A stretch of DNA of 64,000 bases from Okamejei kenojei (Eukaryota). The notes under the pieces were generated by a model. The model searched no databases, had not been told where the DNA came from, and was given only the letters and a program-made list of their open reading frames with translations. Positions 13,938-27,869 of the stretch are shown here, one piece after another (position 1 is the stretch's first letter; the number at the start of each line of letters is the position of its first letter). A program made the translations under genes and the position numbers. The stretch is taken from contig JAVHYY010000049.1 in assembly GCA_035221665.1 (NCBI GenBank), forward strand, positions 186,001 through 250,000. The letters are read 5' to 3'.

Positions 13938-15794
13938 ATAGTAGCATGGCCGAAGGGACTGGTTTCCAGAGGACTTTAAAGCATTTAAAAGACACGTACG
14001 TGAATAGTAAATCTTGAAAAGGATATCGGCCAAAAAGCAAATTGGACCAGATTCGATGAGGCATTTTGATCATTCGGACGAGTTGAGCCAACGGATCCTT
14101 TTCAGTACTCTGTGATTCGAAATCCACACATCCTTGTCTCGTTAAATGTCCAAGCTCTCACATTATCTAGAGCTGAAAATAATGTGTTCACTTCTGCGAG
14201 GCAGTGACGCGCATTACAATGGCCGTCGCCTCTCCTATAATCACTGGTCCCCCACCCCCCCCCCCCTCCCATCCACCCCCTTCCCCCTCAATATCCAGGG
14301 GGTTAATAGAGCTCATGGGTTATTTGGGTCATAAAAGCAGACTATACTCGGCAGGTCAAGCAGCGACTGGGGAAGGAGTTGCAATTTTTGTAACAACATT
14401 CACCCACCGCCGTCCACATGCGTGGAAACGACTATTCAAATACCGTCTGAAGAAAGGTTTACCCGAGATCCATCTTAAATCCATTCACACGCCATAAGCA
14501 CCAGCCCTCCATCCGATAGACCTAGCGTTACTAGCAATTTGGTTTAATTTTTGGAAATATACAACGTAGAAATAGGCCCTGAAGCCCTCGTAAAACAAGT
14601 AGAATATCGAGAATCCCTTTTATGTTATCTCACTTTTGCATCCGCTCCCTACACATTAAGTTAAATTTACAAAGGCCAATTAAAATACAAACCAGTGCGT
14701 TTTTGGTATGTGGGTGGGGAAAACCGGTGCAATGGTAGGAAATGCATGATGTCATGGGGCGGAAAAAGAAAACACCAGGCAGACAGCATCCGATGTCATT
14801 ATCGAACTCGATGCTCTGGCGCAGTGAGGCAGCTGCTCTACTAACCCCTTACTGCACCGATACATATTTGTAGAACCCCACGATCTTATGAACCTGCTGA
14901 TCAAATATCCGAACAGCACTTGCTCATCGAACAAGTGTGCTTTACGACATACGAGGAATTTGATATGCCATACAGTCATACCAATAAAAAGCAACAAGAC
15001 ACACAAAATATATTTAAACATAAAGATTCACCACAGTGGATCCTCCACATTCCTCATCGTGATGGAAGGCGAAAAAAAAGACCCATATAGAGTGCATGTG
15101 CCGAGGTTGCTTCCACTAGAGGGATGCCTAAGACCAGAGCACACAGCCTCAGAATAAAACGACATGCCTGAGATTGGATATGAGGAAGAATTTCATTAGC
15201 CAGATGGTTGAGAATCCACGTAATTCTTTGCCACACACAGGGTTGTGGAAATTATGTATTTTTTTTAAAGCGGAGAATGATAGGTTCTTGATGAGCAAGG
15301 ACGTAAAATATTACGGGGAGAAGGCAGGTGAATGGGTTTATGAAGGATACAAAAAAATCAGCTATGATCGAATGGCTGGTTTCGATGGGCCGAATGGACT
15401 AATTCTGTTGCTATTTTTTTCATGGCGGTAAGGTCCTATTGCAATCGCTCTCGAGTAAGAGATTTGCTTCTGGTTATTGCATCAGCTTCAACCACTACCT
15501 AATTTCATGTACCCTGTACCATATGTGAGAAATAATTGCCCCTCATTTTCCTGCTAAATGTTTTCCCTGTCATCTTAAATCTATGCCATCTATTTCCGGA
15601 TTCCACTGTGAAATATCGGTGAAAAATCATGTACATGAGTCACTTCTAATCCCATCATGATTTTATGCCGTCACATACGATTATCTCTCAGCCTCTTTCT
15701 CTCCGAAGAATAAGGTCCTCGCTTGCTAAACCTCCCTGCCTGAACCTGTGGGGCAACGTGACTCCGGGCATATCTTCCTAAATATCCTCCGAGT

Positions 15795-15822
15795 CTGAAG
15801 AAGGTTTTCGACCCGAAACGTC
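15795..15822 (+). ncRNA. Minimal hammerhead-ribozyme-like core in a Penelope-type terminal repeat (stem II imperfect)
   Basis: CTGAAGA-AGGTTTTCGACCC-GAAAC-GTC. Confidence 0.45.
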
Positions 15823-15982
15823 ACCTATTCCCCAGAGATGCTGCCTGTCCCGCTGATTTACTCCAGAGTTTTATGTCTATCCTCCTAAAGGACCTTGTCT
15901 TACGCACACAGCCTCCGCACATCCCCCTCTAGCCTTTGCGAAGGCGCAGTAACCACTGACCCGGTACGCCAAAGTGACTTAC

Positions 15983-16115
15983 ATGGCCAGGAAGCGGGTT
16001 GGCATGATTCCGCAGAAGTCGAGCAGCGCCCCGCTGGCAACACACGCGAAATTCATGATCAAAATGGCAATGGTGAAGATGAGGGTGAAGCGTTCGCCCT
16101 GCGGATAACAGTCCA
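15983..16115 (-). CDS. SLC43A3: SLC43A3-like coding exon 2 (133 nt; VDCYPQGERFTLIFTIAILIMNFACVASGALLDFCGIMPTRFLA)
   Basis: Polypyrimidine tract plus CACAG acceptor, GTAAGT donor, phase 1/2; DC..Q.ERF.LIFT motif of SLC43. Confidence 0.92.
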
Positions 16116-16609
16116 CTGTGAGAAAAAGTGAGAGAGAGGGAGACAATGAGAGAGAGGTGGAGAGTGAGCGAGGGACGGACAGGGCAGGTGCGGTACGGGG
16201 AAAAGGAAATACAGTGGAATACAAGTCCTCTGTAGAGGAGGGACCGCGGTGGAGATGAGAGAGGGTAATAAAGTAAAAGGCCGATGTGGGGTTAAAAGTG
16301 GGAGCACATTTGACAGGGAGACCTGATAGAAGTGCATAAAATTAGGAGAGACATAGAATATAGAATGAAGTACAGTACAGATCAGGCCATTCAACAGACA
16401 TTGTCTGTGCTAATGCCAAAATCAAATCTTATCAACCTGCACATAATTTATATCGGGCCGGTCCCTACATACCCAATGGCCCGTCCAAAAGTCTCTCAAA
16501 TGTCATTATTGACTCTGCCTCAGCCATGACCACTGGCAGCGTGTTCCGGGCACTCACCGCCTCATTGTAAAGAATATGCCCCGCGGATATCCATTAAACC
16601 TTGCCCCTC

Positions 16610-17242
16610 TAAACTCAAACTCAGTTCAGTTTAGTTTATTATCACGTCTACTTCGGCACGGTGAAAAGCTTTCGCTCAGTGCTATCGAGTCAGCAGAGAG
16701 ACAATACATGATTATAATAGATCAATTTAGAGTGTAGAGATACATGATGAGGGAGTGATGCTCAGTGCAAGGTAAAACCAGCAAATTCCGATCAAGGAAA
16801 GTCCGAGGGTCACCATGTGACAGATAGTTGTTCAAAAACGTTCTTTGTTTGGGATAGGATGATTTACTTGCATTATAACAGCTGGGGACAAACTCTCCCT
16901 GAATCTGGAGTTGTGTGTTTTCACACTCCTATACCTTTTGCCCAATGGGAGAGGGGAGAAGAAGGGGTGCCCAGGGTGCGGCTAGTCCTTGAATATGCTG
17001 ATGACCTTGCCGAGGCAGCGTGAGGTGTCAATAGGGTCAATAACAGAGCGGTTCGTCAGAATGATGGTCTGGACTGCGTCCACAATACGCCGCAATTTCT
17101 TGCGCTCTTACGAGCTGTTCCCAAAACAAGCTGTGATTAATTCATTTATTTGGTGCATCTGTAAATGTTGGTGAGGATTTACGGGACATTCCGAATTTCC
17201 TCAGCTTTGTAAGGAAGTGGAGGCGTTGTTGTGCTTTCTTCT
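16610..17242 (-). mobile_element. Rex1/Babar-type LINE 3' remnant
   Basis: Minus strand near 17185-17240 reads KKAQQRLHFLTKLRKFGMS; short (CTAAA/CTGAA) tail near 16615-16640. Confidence 0.65.
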
Positions 17243-18125
17243 CTGGAGAGGGAATCTTATTATCCCTGGTATCTGATATTTCCATCCGGTGGAATAAGGT
17301 TCTGACTGACTAAAGTATTTATGCCGCTCATGATTTTATACACTTCTACAGGGTTTTCCTCAGCCTCCAGAGTTTAAGAAAACACAATGTAAATCTGTCT
17401 GACATCTCCCTGTAAAGAATATCCTCTAATTCGAGCAGCAACCCGATGACCCTTATCTGAACCCTTTCCAAAGTCTCGATACCCTTGCTGAATTGGCGAG
17501 CCCAAGTGCAATACTCCAACTGCGACCGAACCGAAAACCTATAAAGCTGCAAGTTGATTTTCGTTTGAATATTTAGGTGTAGTATTGCCTGATTTGTGGG
17601 ATAGCAAAACAAATTTGGATAGCAAAACATGTTTCCACTGTACCTCGGTAAACCTGACAACAATGAAACTAAACCGAAAGCTAAACTTAATCAATTTCCC
17701 CTCTTCAAAATACCTCACGTCACCATCCTACCTCTAGAGCGCATGCGGATTTACATCTCACTCCTCCACATGTCTGCGCACCTTACATGAAATTGTCTCA
17801 TTTTCCCTTCTCACCAGTCAATTAATCCACCCACTGGTCAATAACCCCTTCCCACCCACCCCCTTACACTCCTCAAATGTATCCAGCAACGACTTCGCCC
17901 CAGCACCCATCGATATTTTACAGCTTCCCCCTAACTACAGCCGTCTGGGAAAAGGCTTCCACTGGATTCGTCACATGCCCATTCTCTCCATAAAGGTTGC
18001 CTGAGCCCCAAAGTTCCTGCAACGCTTTATATTTCCCCGAAATTCCAGCATCTGATGACTCTTGCTTCTCATTTCCAATGACACCTCGACTTCTTTCTCC
18101 CCCTGTACTATTCCCGGTCACTCAC

Positions 18126-18321
18126 CAGTAGAATTCCTCGTCCCAGGATCGCTGGAGTTGTACAGATGGATACAGAGGTCAGCGAAGTAGTCTTCCTCCT
18201 TCAGCACAAAGACCAGGGAAGGCCAGCCTTGGATCGCACCCGCAAAGCCGAGGCATTCTATGACCCCGGCAACAAACGTCAAAAACAATTTGACCTTCTC
18301 GCTCAGTTGTCCCACGATCAT
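18126..18321 (-). CDS. SLC43A3: SLC43A3-like first coding exon (196 nt; MIVGQLSEKVKLFLTFVAGVIECLGFAGAIQGWPSLVFVLKEEDYFADLC...NST)
   Basis: ECLGFAG...GWPSLVFV.K..DYF..LC is the SLC43A3 TM1 signature; N-glycosylation sequons NSS and NST in the loop; GTGAGT donor, phase 1. Confidence 0.93.
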
Positions 18322-18904
18322 TATTCAAAGCAATCGCTCTGAGCACCGACAAATGTCACTGCCTCTCTGACAGCGCCAGTCTCGTACGTTGCTGCTTCAA
18401 ATGTACAATGTTGGCTCTTTACCAGCTCACCTGTAGAGCTGCGTTGCCTCTGTGCTGCGTCGTGCGTTTCGAAGTTCAGTAACACCACCAGAATGAAATG
18501 TCATCAGATTTCAGCTGGGAAATAAAAGATGTTGTGAAATTAGTTCTAGTCGTCCCGTTTCAGATCCAGTGCTGCAAGCAAATTAAGTAATGTGCGAAAC
18601 GAAGATCACACAAGAGATGTAGGAGGCAGATCTATAATTCCCTGAAATGGCAATAAGGCGGTGATGGAGCTTGTACATTGTAGAGCTACATTCTCTCCAG
18701 AGATGCTGCGTGTACCGCTGAGTTACTCCAGCATTTCGTGTCTACCTTTCTGGAAGGGCATCACTGACAGATTGTCCCACTGTGGAAGGAGCAGCGCACA
18801 AAAGGCGCTTTGCAATGTGGGAGGGAATGTACCCAGGATCCCTACATCGTGGATGGGGCAATGCTGAAACCGACCCACACTGTGGGAAGGACAGTACTGA
18901 GGCC

Positions 18905-19250
18905 ACAATGTGAGGGGAGTCCAGAACCAGTCGCCACAGTTTAAGAATCAAGGGTAAGCCATTTAGAACGGAGATTAGGAAGCACTTTTTCACACAGAGC
19001 TGTGAGTCTGTGGAATTGTCTGTTGGGGGCCTCAGAGGGCGTTGGGGGCCAGTTCTCTGGAAACTTTCTAGAGAAAGCTAGATAGGGCTCTTGAAGATAG
19101 CGGAGTCAGGGGATATAGGGAGAAGGCAGGAACGGAGTACTGATTGTGGATGATCAGCCACGATCACATTGAAAGGCGGTGCTGGCTTGAAGGGCCGTGT
19201 GGCCTACTCCTGCACCCATTGTCTATTGTCTGTTGTATATTGTCTATTGT
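18905..19250 (+). mobile_element. CR1 3' fragment
   Basis: Typical 3' end gatcagccacgatcacattgaa..ggcctactcctgcacc with (CTATTGT) tail. Confidence 0.85.
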
Positions 19251-19279
19251 GAGCGTCACATATCCCTATGGGAATAACG

Positions 19280-19422
19280 CGGGGTGGAAGATTGCAACCT
19301 TCACGTGGTCCGCCCTGTTTCGACTAATGCAATCAACTCGACGTGCAGAAACGGAAGATCAAATAGAACAAGTTGTCCTACAACTTTAGGCTGTGCACGC
19401 CACATGAAAGAAGAAGAAGAAA
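19280..19422 (+). mobile_element. Unclassified short retroposon with (GAA)n tail, copy 1
   Basis: Clearly homologous to 29351-29488. Confidence 0.6.
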
Positions 19423-19559
19423 TAACCCCTTTGAAAGCTCGCTCCGTATACCGTGTGGAGAGGTGAAGATGGGTGGCCGGCGATAATGTAATGTGATCAG
19501 TGCAGAGTACCGCTGTGTGTGTTCTCCCTTGATTCTCCTTCTCTGGGTAAAGGACTGTA

Positions 19560-19800
19560 CTTCTCTGTACAGAGTTTGTACGTTCTCTCCGTGACCTGTG
19601 TGGGTTACACCAGAGATCTTCTGATTTCTCCCGCACTCCAAAGGCGTACAGGCTTTTAGGTTAATTGGTTTGGTATGATTGTAAAATTGTCCATAGTGTG
19701 TGTCGGATAGCGTTAGTATGCGGGCATCGCTGGTCAATGCGGATTCGCTGGCCATCGGGCCGGTTTCCGCTCTGTATCTCTAAAACGAAAAACTAAAATG
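19560..19800 (+). mobile_element. HE1/V-SINE-like SINE (5'-truncated)
   Basis: gagtttgtacgttctctccgtgacc..taggttaattgg core; 3' end gggccggtttccgctctgtatctctaaa. Confidence 0.75.
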
Positions 19801-20039
19801 AACGAATCATTTCGTTAATCAATGAAAATGCCATGGCGATATTCCGCGATGACATACTGGAGGGTACGTCCACTGAGACGTGATGGGTTGATCACTAAGA
19901 TAAGGAATGAACAATTATTTGTAAGTGTATATATTGTAGGGCGCCCGATTTCCAACTGAAGGTCAAGGATCATATGCAAAAGACAGCGAGTAACATATTG
20001 TTATTGTCGAGGGGGACGTCTCTTCCCCAATATCGACAG

Positions 20040-22145
20040 GGACTTACTCGGACCAAGAGGATTAGACAGACAGATTTTTAGGTGTATTCAAGCAGTTGCC
20101 AAATTACAGGCAAGATGGTAAGTCACATGATTGGGTGTTGATGATGTTTAGCAGAATGCCGCTTTGAGTAGAGGATTCAGCTCCAGGCAGAGATTGGATA
20201 TTCTTGGGTTGTTATCTCTAGAACGGCAGAATTTGAGGGGAGAAGTCATATAAATATATGCAATTATTCGTGGCATAGAGAGTTGACCGTCAGAAACCTT
20301 TCTCAAGATGGAAATCTCCAACACTAAAGACATAGTTATAAGGTGAGAGGGGGAAGACGTAACATGTACACGAGTGGCAACATTTTCACACAGAGCCTGG
20401 TGGGTATCTCGAACGAATTGTCAGAGAAAGTAGTAGAGGTAGCGACAATTATCACATATAAAATATATTCAGACAAGTGCATGGAGAGGAAAGGGGCGAG
20501 CCATATTGGGCAAACGCGGGAAAAGTGGATCTAATTTAGATGGAGCAGTGGTCCGCATGGAAAGGTTGGGCAGAATCCGAGGGTTCCTGTGCCGCTCCAT
20601 TCCCCCTACAGGACGAAGGCCATCAATACCGGCCGAGCGCGCCGGGGGTGGCACCCAAACCAAGGACATGGACGAACGTCACTGATGGTTCAAACGTACT
20701 ATTAACAGTTTTCCCAGTCTCGACCATAACCTTTAATTAGTAGATATTAAAGACCTAGACGTCCATTACTTACGTTGATGTGTAGATTTGCTGAAGACAC
20801 AACATTTGGAGAAGTTGCAGACAATGACACAAGCTGTCAAAAGCTGCAGCGGGCTGTAGATCAACAGAATAAATGGGCGGATAAAAGGCAAATGGAGTTT
20901 AATCCGAGCAAGTGTGAAGTGTGAGGTTGAATGGAGGAAGAAAATATGTAGTTAATGATGAAACCCTCAACATCATTGATGTACAGAGGGGCCATGGGTG
21001 TGAAGTTCGTACATCTCCACAGGTGGCAGCACAAGTCAATAAGTGGTAAAGAAGACGTTTGGTTTCCCTTCATTCCGCTGGAAATTGAGTATAATAGTTA
21101 GGATGTCAGAAAGCAGCTCTAGAGGACTTTGGGTAGGCCACATTTAGCGTATTGGGTGCAGTTCTGGTTGACTATTTCCAGTAAAGACTTGTTGGTTTTG
21201 GAGAGGGTGCAGGTGGCATTTACAAGTGTGTTGCCTAGACTAATGGGTTTCAGCTATATATAGGGTTTCATTGATAGAGTCATTGAGTCATAGAGTCATA
21301 GTGATACAGTGTGGAAACAGGCCTTTCGGCCGAACCTGCCCACACCGGCCAACATGTCCCAGCTGCCCGTGTTTGGCCCATGTCTCATCAAACCTGTCAT
21401 ATCCATGTGCCTGTCTAACTTTTTCTTAAATGTTGGGATATTCCCTGCCTCAGCTACCTCTCTGGATGCTTGTCCCATACACCCAACACCCATTGTGTGA
21501 AACAGTTACCCTATTAATACTCCTATTCAATATGGTTCTCCTTCACATTTAACCTATGCCATCTGGCCCTCGATTCACCTACTCTGGAAAAGAGACTCCG
21601 TGCATCCTCCCGATTTGTTCCTCTCGTGATTATATGCACCTCAATAGGATTAGCTTCTGTGCTCCAAGGAACAGAGTCGCAACCGACTCAACCTCTGTCT
21701 ATAGCACAGACCATCTAGTCCTGGCAACGCACCCGTAAATATTCCCTTTCCATCTCGAGAGCATCCTTTCCAGCTTGACAACAAATTTTCCAGCTTGACA
21801 ACATACTTGAATTGTTTTCATCGTCACTTGGAGATTGGGGTATGACTTGTAAGAATTATAGGAAATAGATCTGCAGTCAGAATCTATCTCCCAGGTGTAA
21901 ATGCCCATATAGGCATACCTCTCATACCTATGAGAGCGGGTTTAATTGAAATATGCGAGGCAGATTTTCTTATAGAAAGTGGTGGGGACTTTGAACGCAT
22001 TGCCAGTGGTGGTTGTAGGGGCAGAAACAATAGTGCTGTTTAAAAGGCCTTTTGGTAGGCGTATGTAATGCAAGGAATTGAGAGATATGGATCATAGAGG
22101 CAGATTACAGCCGTTTAACGCGTCATCATGTTCAGCACAAACATT
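20040..22145. mobile_element. Patchwork of old CR1 3' fragments, both strands
   Basis: Degraded RT C-terminal and 3'-UTR motifs (ttgctgaagacac, gagtttaat..aagtgtga, gtggaaacaggccttcggcc). Confidence 0.7.
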
Positions 22146-23049
22146 GTGCAGTAACGGAAACAGGAGTTTGAAGGTAATTTTGGGGATCTGACAAATGAAA
22201 GGATACAGAATTATTAATCAATTGTGAATTGTTTCAAGGGAGTATCATCCATAAATACTCATTGTGTCGTGGGAATATAAGAATAGTGTCGTGCTGGGAA
22301 TCTTTTAAACACTTTAGCGTCTCGCAGTGTTTCCCAGTGTGCACTGCTTAGGGCTTGATGAACCGACTTTTTTGTGAAACTCACTACTGGTCTATGAAAT
22401 GTTCCCAGTGTCTGTTCCCATCTGACCCGTAATTTAAAGTGCAACTGGACCCTAAGGAAACGTGACATTCTTGGGAATTACAAAATCCCCCTGAACATAT
22501 ATTAATCTCTATCGACAGCGAGATTGCTTCAGGGATATTTAACGTACATTTCTCCTGGAAATAAATGGTGATTTTCCAACTATTTACCTGCAGGTCAATT
22601 ATTACTTCTCTAATTTATCGAGATAATGGAACCATACACAGGTTCATCGTGCTGGATGATTTGGTTTGCAATAAACAGTTAAATCGGCCAATATATTCTG
22701 TGCCCTTGCCTGGTATTGAGCTGTTGTTGGTTGTTGCTCACAGCCGTTATCTGCCATCACGGTAAGCAAGCAAGGAGCACATGCGAAGGAAATAACAGTT
22801 ACTGATTAAGATAGTAAACAGGACTTTGACCACATTCCACATTTCCCCCACACCCTGCCCGCTGCGGGAGCTTGCAGTGATCAGCATGGTCACCTTGAGA
22901 TAAAAACAGCAATAAGGCGGCGTTCACGTAAAAATACTGGCTCGGATTCGGTCGCCCCCTTGGCAGTAATGATGGGGATGGTGGTGAAGCGGGTTAGATG
23001 GTACGAATAGCCGCAGAATTAGCCAATTTGCCCATCGAGTTTGCTCTAC

Positions 23050-25040
23050 ATTTCGGGGTTAAAATGGCTGATCATTTTCCCCTCAACCCTATTCTCCTGA
23101 TTTCTCGCAATAACAATGAAAAGTCCTTGTTAATAAAGTACGTGCCAACCTCATTTTTGAAGTTACCCAATGACTGCTTCCACAGCCGCCGGTGGCAATA
23201 GCTTCCACGGATTCACAAAGATCTGTCTAAACAAATCCCGTCTCTTTTCCAAAGCTTTAGTCTTTTATTTAGATGTTGTGCCATTTGGTGCTTTACCCCC
23301 ACACAACTATCAGATATATCCTTGCCATGTCAACTCTGTGTCCTCCTTTGGTTATATGGTGACGTTCATTGGGATCTCCCCTCAATCTACCAAAACTCAT
23401 GAGTAACGGGGCCTGAGCTATCAACACTCTTCATACCTTAACCTAATCATTCTCGTAAACTTCATGGACATTAGTCAACGACAGAATATCTCCCAAATGT
23501 GCTCTGATAACGGCTTACAAGGCCATTACATCTTCGTTTTATATTCCAGTCCTCTGGAAATGAATATTAACAATGCATTTGCCTTCCGTACTATGGACCC
23601 AACCTATAAATTCATCCTTTGGGATCTGTGCACCGGAACGTTCAAATCCCTTTTCATCTCGATTGTTGAATCCATTCCACATTTAGAAAATAACCTACGC
23701 CAATATTCCGTCAACAAAATCGGTAGTTTATCGGTACACTTTGCCATATTGTGTGCCTTCCCTTTTGCTTTTATGCTATCTTTGGCATCCTTTGTCAGCA
23801 CGGGTAGCCTAGTTCTCCACTTGGTCAGTCTTTCTTCTCTGGGATGAAAAGATCATGCGTCTTCCGAATTACTTCCTGAATCCTCATTCATTGCTGCTCT
23901 CGTGTCGTTTTAGCTCGAGTCTCATACCAATCAATTTTAGCAAGTTTCTCAGCCATGCCTATGCTCAACCGTATACCGACACATAGGATTTCAGCCATTC
24001 CCTCTCAGAATACAGATTGAATTATATGATATTACGATCACAGCCTCCGTGGGCTTCCTTCAACTTTAGCCCCCTAATTACATCTGGTTCATTAAATAAC
24101 ACTAGGTTCAAAATTGCCATTGGGCTGAAATACGAGTTGCTCTAAAGCTCTATAGGCCATCTAGAAAGTAATTTTCGTGGGATCCAGCACCAGCGTCATG
24201 TCCGAGCGTGCCTGCATATCGACATCCTGCATGATGCACCTTATGCCTTACATCTTGATGTCTATTCTGTGCCCTGCACATATGTCCCATCAGGGTCTTT
24301 TTACCCTTTCTCAAATCTACTCTCAGGAATTAAACATTTTTCTGATCTTATATCATTTGTTATGGAGCACTGGACTACAGTAGTCACGAACAGAGCCACC
24401 CCATCACTCGCCCATCTGTCTACTTTTGATAGGATTTGCATCCTTGCGTGTTAAGCCACCTGCTCTGATTCTCGTTCAACCGTCAGTCTGTGACGCCCAC
24501 AATGCAAATCCTGCATTTTCTAACCACATATGAGCTCAACACCGCGTTTCCTCTACGGCGTACATTCGAATATAAAAGCTTAAATACTGTTTTATCTACC
24601 CATCTTCTGGACTCCGTTCCGATGTCGCCTAACGTTATACTCGTATCCCTTTCTCAACGTATGTCTTACATTTTATTCCTGAGATTCCAGTAGCCCCTCC
24701 TCCGCTCTGCTTCCCTTTAATATTGCCATTCTTTGTAGTCTCTTACCCCCTGCCCCCCACCACAACCTCCACCACCACCACCACTTTCTGCTATTTAGAT
24801 TAAAACATACTTAGAGCCGATGTATGCTATTCGTCAGTTCCCTAGTGGTCTCAGTAGGTTTCAGGCGGGGTCTGTCCTTCCTTACCGAATACTGATGTTA
24901 ATATCAATCCCACACCTCCCACACCAATCTCTTACCCACGAATTCAACCCCATTCACACCAATTTCTGAGCCAACGCTAAACTCTAATCTTATTAAACCA
25001 ATGCCAATTTACTGGTAGCTCATGTAGCGATCCAGAGCTA
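23050..25040 (-). mobile_element. Old, heavily deleted CR1 (ORF1 end, APE, RT pieces)
   Basis: Residual similarity to the other CR1 copies (e.g. minus ORF 23604-23801 and an ORF1-like region near 24870-24990). Confidence 0.6.
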
Positions 25041-25834
25041 AACCCATTACCTGCGTTTGCCTCATATTCCTCAAAGTTCTTAACCATGTATCTGTTAAAA
25101 TGTTTTAACCACTTCTTCTACCTACCTCAGCCAAATCATCTAATAGCCTCTTCCACATACACGCTGCCTTCTGTGTCATGAATGTACCTTTAATATCGCC
25201 TTTATATCTGTCCCCTCTCGCATCAAACGTGCGCCCTTTAATTTAATACAGGATTATCCTGTGCCAATTACCTTATCTGTGATTTGATACACCCTCCGCG
25301 GTCATCCCTCGGCCCCCTCTGCTTGAGCAAATCACAGGTGAATTATCGGTGTGGAAACATTCCAGATAATCCACACAATGGGTGGCCAGCGTATGGAACG
25401 ATCTGACAGAGGAGGTAGTTGAGGATGGTACTATCGCAAAGTTTGAGAAACGGTGGACAGATGCATGTATGGGACAGCCTTAGAGGGATATGGGCAGGTG
25501 AAACTATTGTGGCTGGAATATGTTGGCCGGAATGGGAAAGTTAAGCCGAATGGCTGTTTCTACGCTCTATGACTCGATAATTTCTTAACGCTTATTCAGT
25601 TATAAATCGACGAATAATCCTATCGACAGTTTCGAGAAACACCGAGTTGGTAGTTGCCGTTCTATCAATACCGTGCCGTTCCCCAATATATTCCGTGCCC
25701 TTACCTTGTACTGAACTTCGGTTCTGGCCCGAGACAGTCTTGGTACATGCCTTCACAGTGAGCTGACATACCCTTGGTAAAGAACATTTCTATAGTAACA
25801 AACAAGACTTTAACCTCGTCAGCAGGTACTTTAG

Positions 25835-26165
25835 ACTTTGGACTTGAGAAGTACAGCGCAGAAACAGGCACATGGGCACGCAGAATCTGTGCCGATAATC
25901 AATCACCCCGTGCACTAACACTATCCGACAAACTAGGAACACTTTGCGTTTTTTACCAAAGCCAAATAACCTACTAACCAGGGCGTCTTGGAGTTGACGA
26001 GGAAATCGGAACACATTGCGAAAAGCTACGCGGCCATGGGGATACAATACATATTCCGTACAGATAGTACCCATAGTCGGAATCAAACTCGTGTCTCTGT
26101 CGCTGTAAGACAGCATCTCTACCGCTACACCAGTGTGCAGGGCCTAAGCCAGTGCGCCGCCCCTG
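25835..26165 (-). mobile_element. HE1/V-SINE-like tRNA-derived SINE
   Basis: Minus-strand head (ggtgtagcggtagagatgctgtcttacagcg..gagtttgattcc) with A/B-box-like motifs and a (CTAAAGT) tail. Confidence 0.75.
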
Positions 26166-26289
26166 TTGCGCCCTGTAACTGGATTTGTTCTGCACACTCC
26201 CTGAGTGGAAGCTAATAGTTCTCGCATGGAGTTAAACGCAACATTGGTCTGATACTTAAAATAAATCTATTTCTTCAACGCAGATGCGA

Positions 26290-27590
26290 CCTTTTTCCCT
26301 GTCGTATATGCGTTCGCGCTGAGGCCTAACATCGAGGAGTTGGCGGCCTCCAACTGGAATCGACCTTGAGGGCTCCGGTCGCAGAGCCTGTGAACTTACT
26401 ATTCGGTAAGTTCGGTGGCTGACATTCGGATGCTGTGGTGGTGACTTGACTTCGGAGGCTTAGGAGGCTTCGGCCCTGGGGACTGTGACATAGGGAGCTC
26501 GCTGGTCCCTGGTTGGCGACTGATTTTCGGGAGCTCCAGCAACAGCAGCTTCGTCCGACCCGATGGTAAGGCTTGAATTTGCCCGCTCACAGTGCATTTC
26601 ATCCCTCGGCGCGGCATAAAATCGGCCACGGGATCGTCCATCGCCCGGCGGTGGCTACAATATCGGGATCAACGGTCTCCTCGATGCACCAGTTAGACTG
26701 CCTGGCCGCGGGAGAAGAAGCAAGGAAGTGATAACACAATTTTACCTTCCATCACAGTGAGGAGGTGCCTGGAGGAGAGTCGCTGTGATGGTTGGTTTGA
26801 TTAAACTGTGTGTTTTGTTGCTTTTTTACTGTTATGACTGCATGGTAAAACGAAATTTCATTCAAACTTATTTTTGAATGACAGATAAAGAAATTCCATT
26901 CAATAATATTTTATTAGCCGAGTGTGTTTTGCAACATACGTGGAATTTCATTTACCAAGTCTGTCATACAAATAAGAAGCAACGGAAAACACAATACACA
27001 TTTTAACATAAACATCCTCCACAATGACTCCTCCACATTCTTCACTGTGACAGAAGGCGAAAAAAAGTTCAATCTCTCCCTTCTTTGCTCTCCCGCGGTC
27101 GGCGGCCTCGAGCCGATCGTGACTCCCGTAGCCCGCGGCTTTTGGGCGCACCGCATCGGGGCGATCAGCTCCTGCATCCAGGGGATGTCAACTCCCCCGA
27201 GTCGGCGATCGGACCCCGGGTCCGGATTGGTTGAGCCTCTGCGCCTATCGAGCTCCCGACTCGGCCTCTTCCGAGACTGCGAGCTCGATGGTAAATTCCG
27301 CAGGATTCGATTGGAGCGATCCCAGGCAAGAAATTAGCTGCGATGTTATGTCCACGCCCCGCGGTGGTTCCAAAGTCAGTCCGAGGAGGCTTCCAGCTGC
27401 ATCGATTCATGGCCGGAGAGCGACCGGAGATACGGTCCGCAAAACAATCGCATCTCTGGCAATGTGAGAGAGAGAGAAGAACAAGCCGGAGAATATTTAC
27501 TCAAATTTTAAAGCACACCGAAACTAAAAAAAAGACGAAAAAACAGACAGAATGTTGCCGGGGCTGCCAATCGTGCTCCGCCCCAGGTGG
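26290..27590. mobile_element. Two related GC-rich non-coding repeats in tail-to-tail orientation (26290-26895 plus, 26905-27590 minus); a third partial copy lies at ~14925-15080
   Basis: Shared ccttccatcacagtgagga/tcctcactgtgatggaagg-like core and AT-rich 3' ends. Confidence 0.55.
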
Positions 27591-27869
27591 TGGCGGCCTA
27601 TGTCTCTCAAAATCTATGCCTCTCAAATCTATGCCTCTCAAAATGTATCTCCTAACCTCCCTCTCCTAACTTTCACACAGTGTGTTTGGTATATGAAACG
27701 AGCTGCCAGACGAATTAATCGAGGTAGGTAGCAGGACAACGTTGTAAAGACGGTTTGGCACATATATAGGAAACGTTTAGAGGGTGTTGGGCCACGTGCT
27801 TGATAAGGCCACGAGCGTAGATGGGGCATCTTGATCGGCAGGGATAAACTGGGCCGAAGGGCATGTTTC

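Larger units (their letters stand above)
12666..13940 (+). mobile_element. Unclassified non-coding repeat element with internal minisatellites (possibly a non-autonomous Helitron type); its 5' end is interrupted by an L2-like 3' tail (~12676-12835)
   Basis: Abuts and truncates the CR1 at 12655; starts with CTATAATAAT; carries tandem arrays; no coding capacity. The classification is inference only. Confidence 0.3.

Noticed and set aside
22950-22968. CTCF-like site GTCGCCCCCTTGGCAG
   Set aside because: Several mismatches in the core; not supportable without a PWM scan or ChIP data
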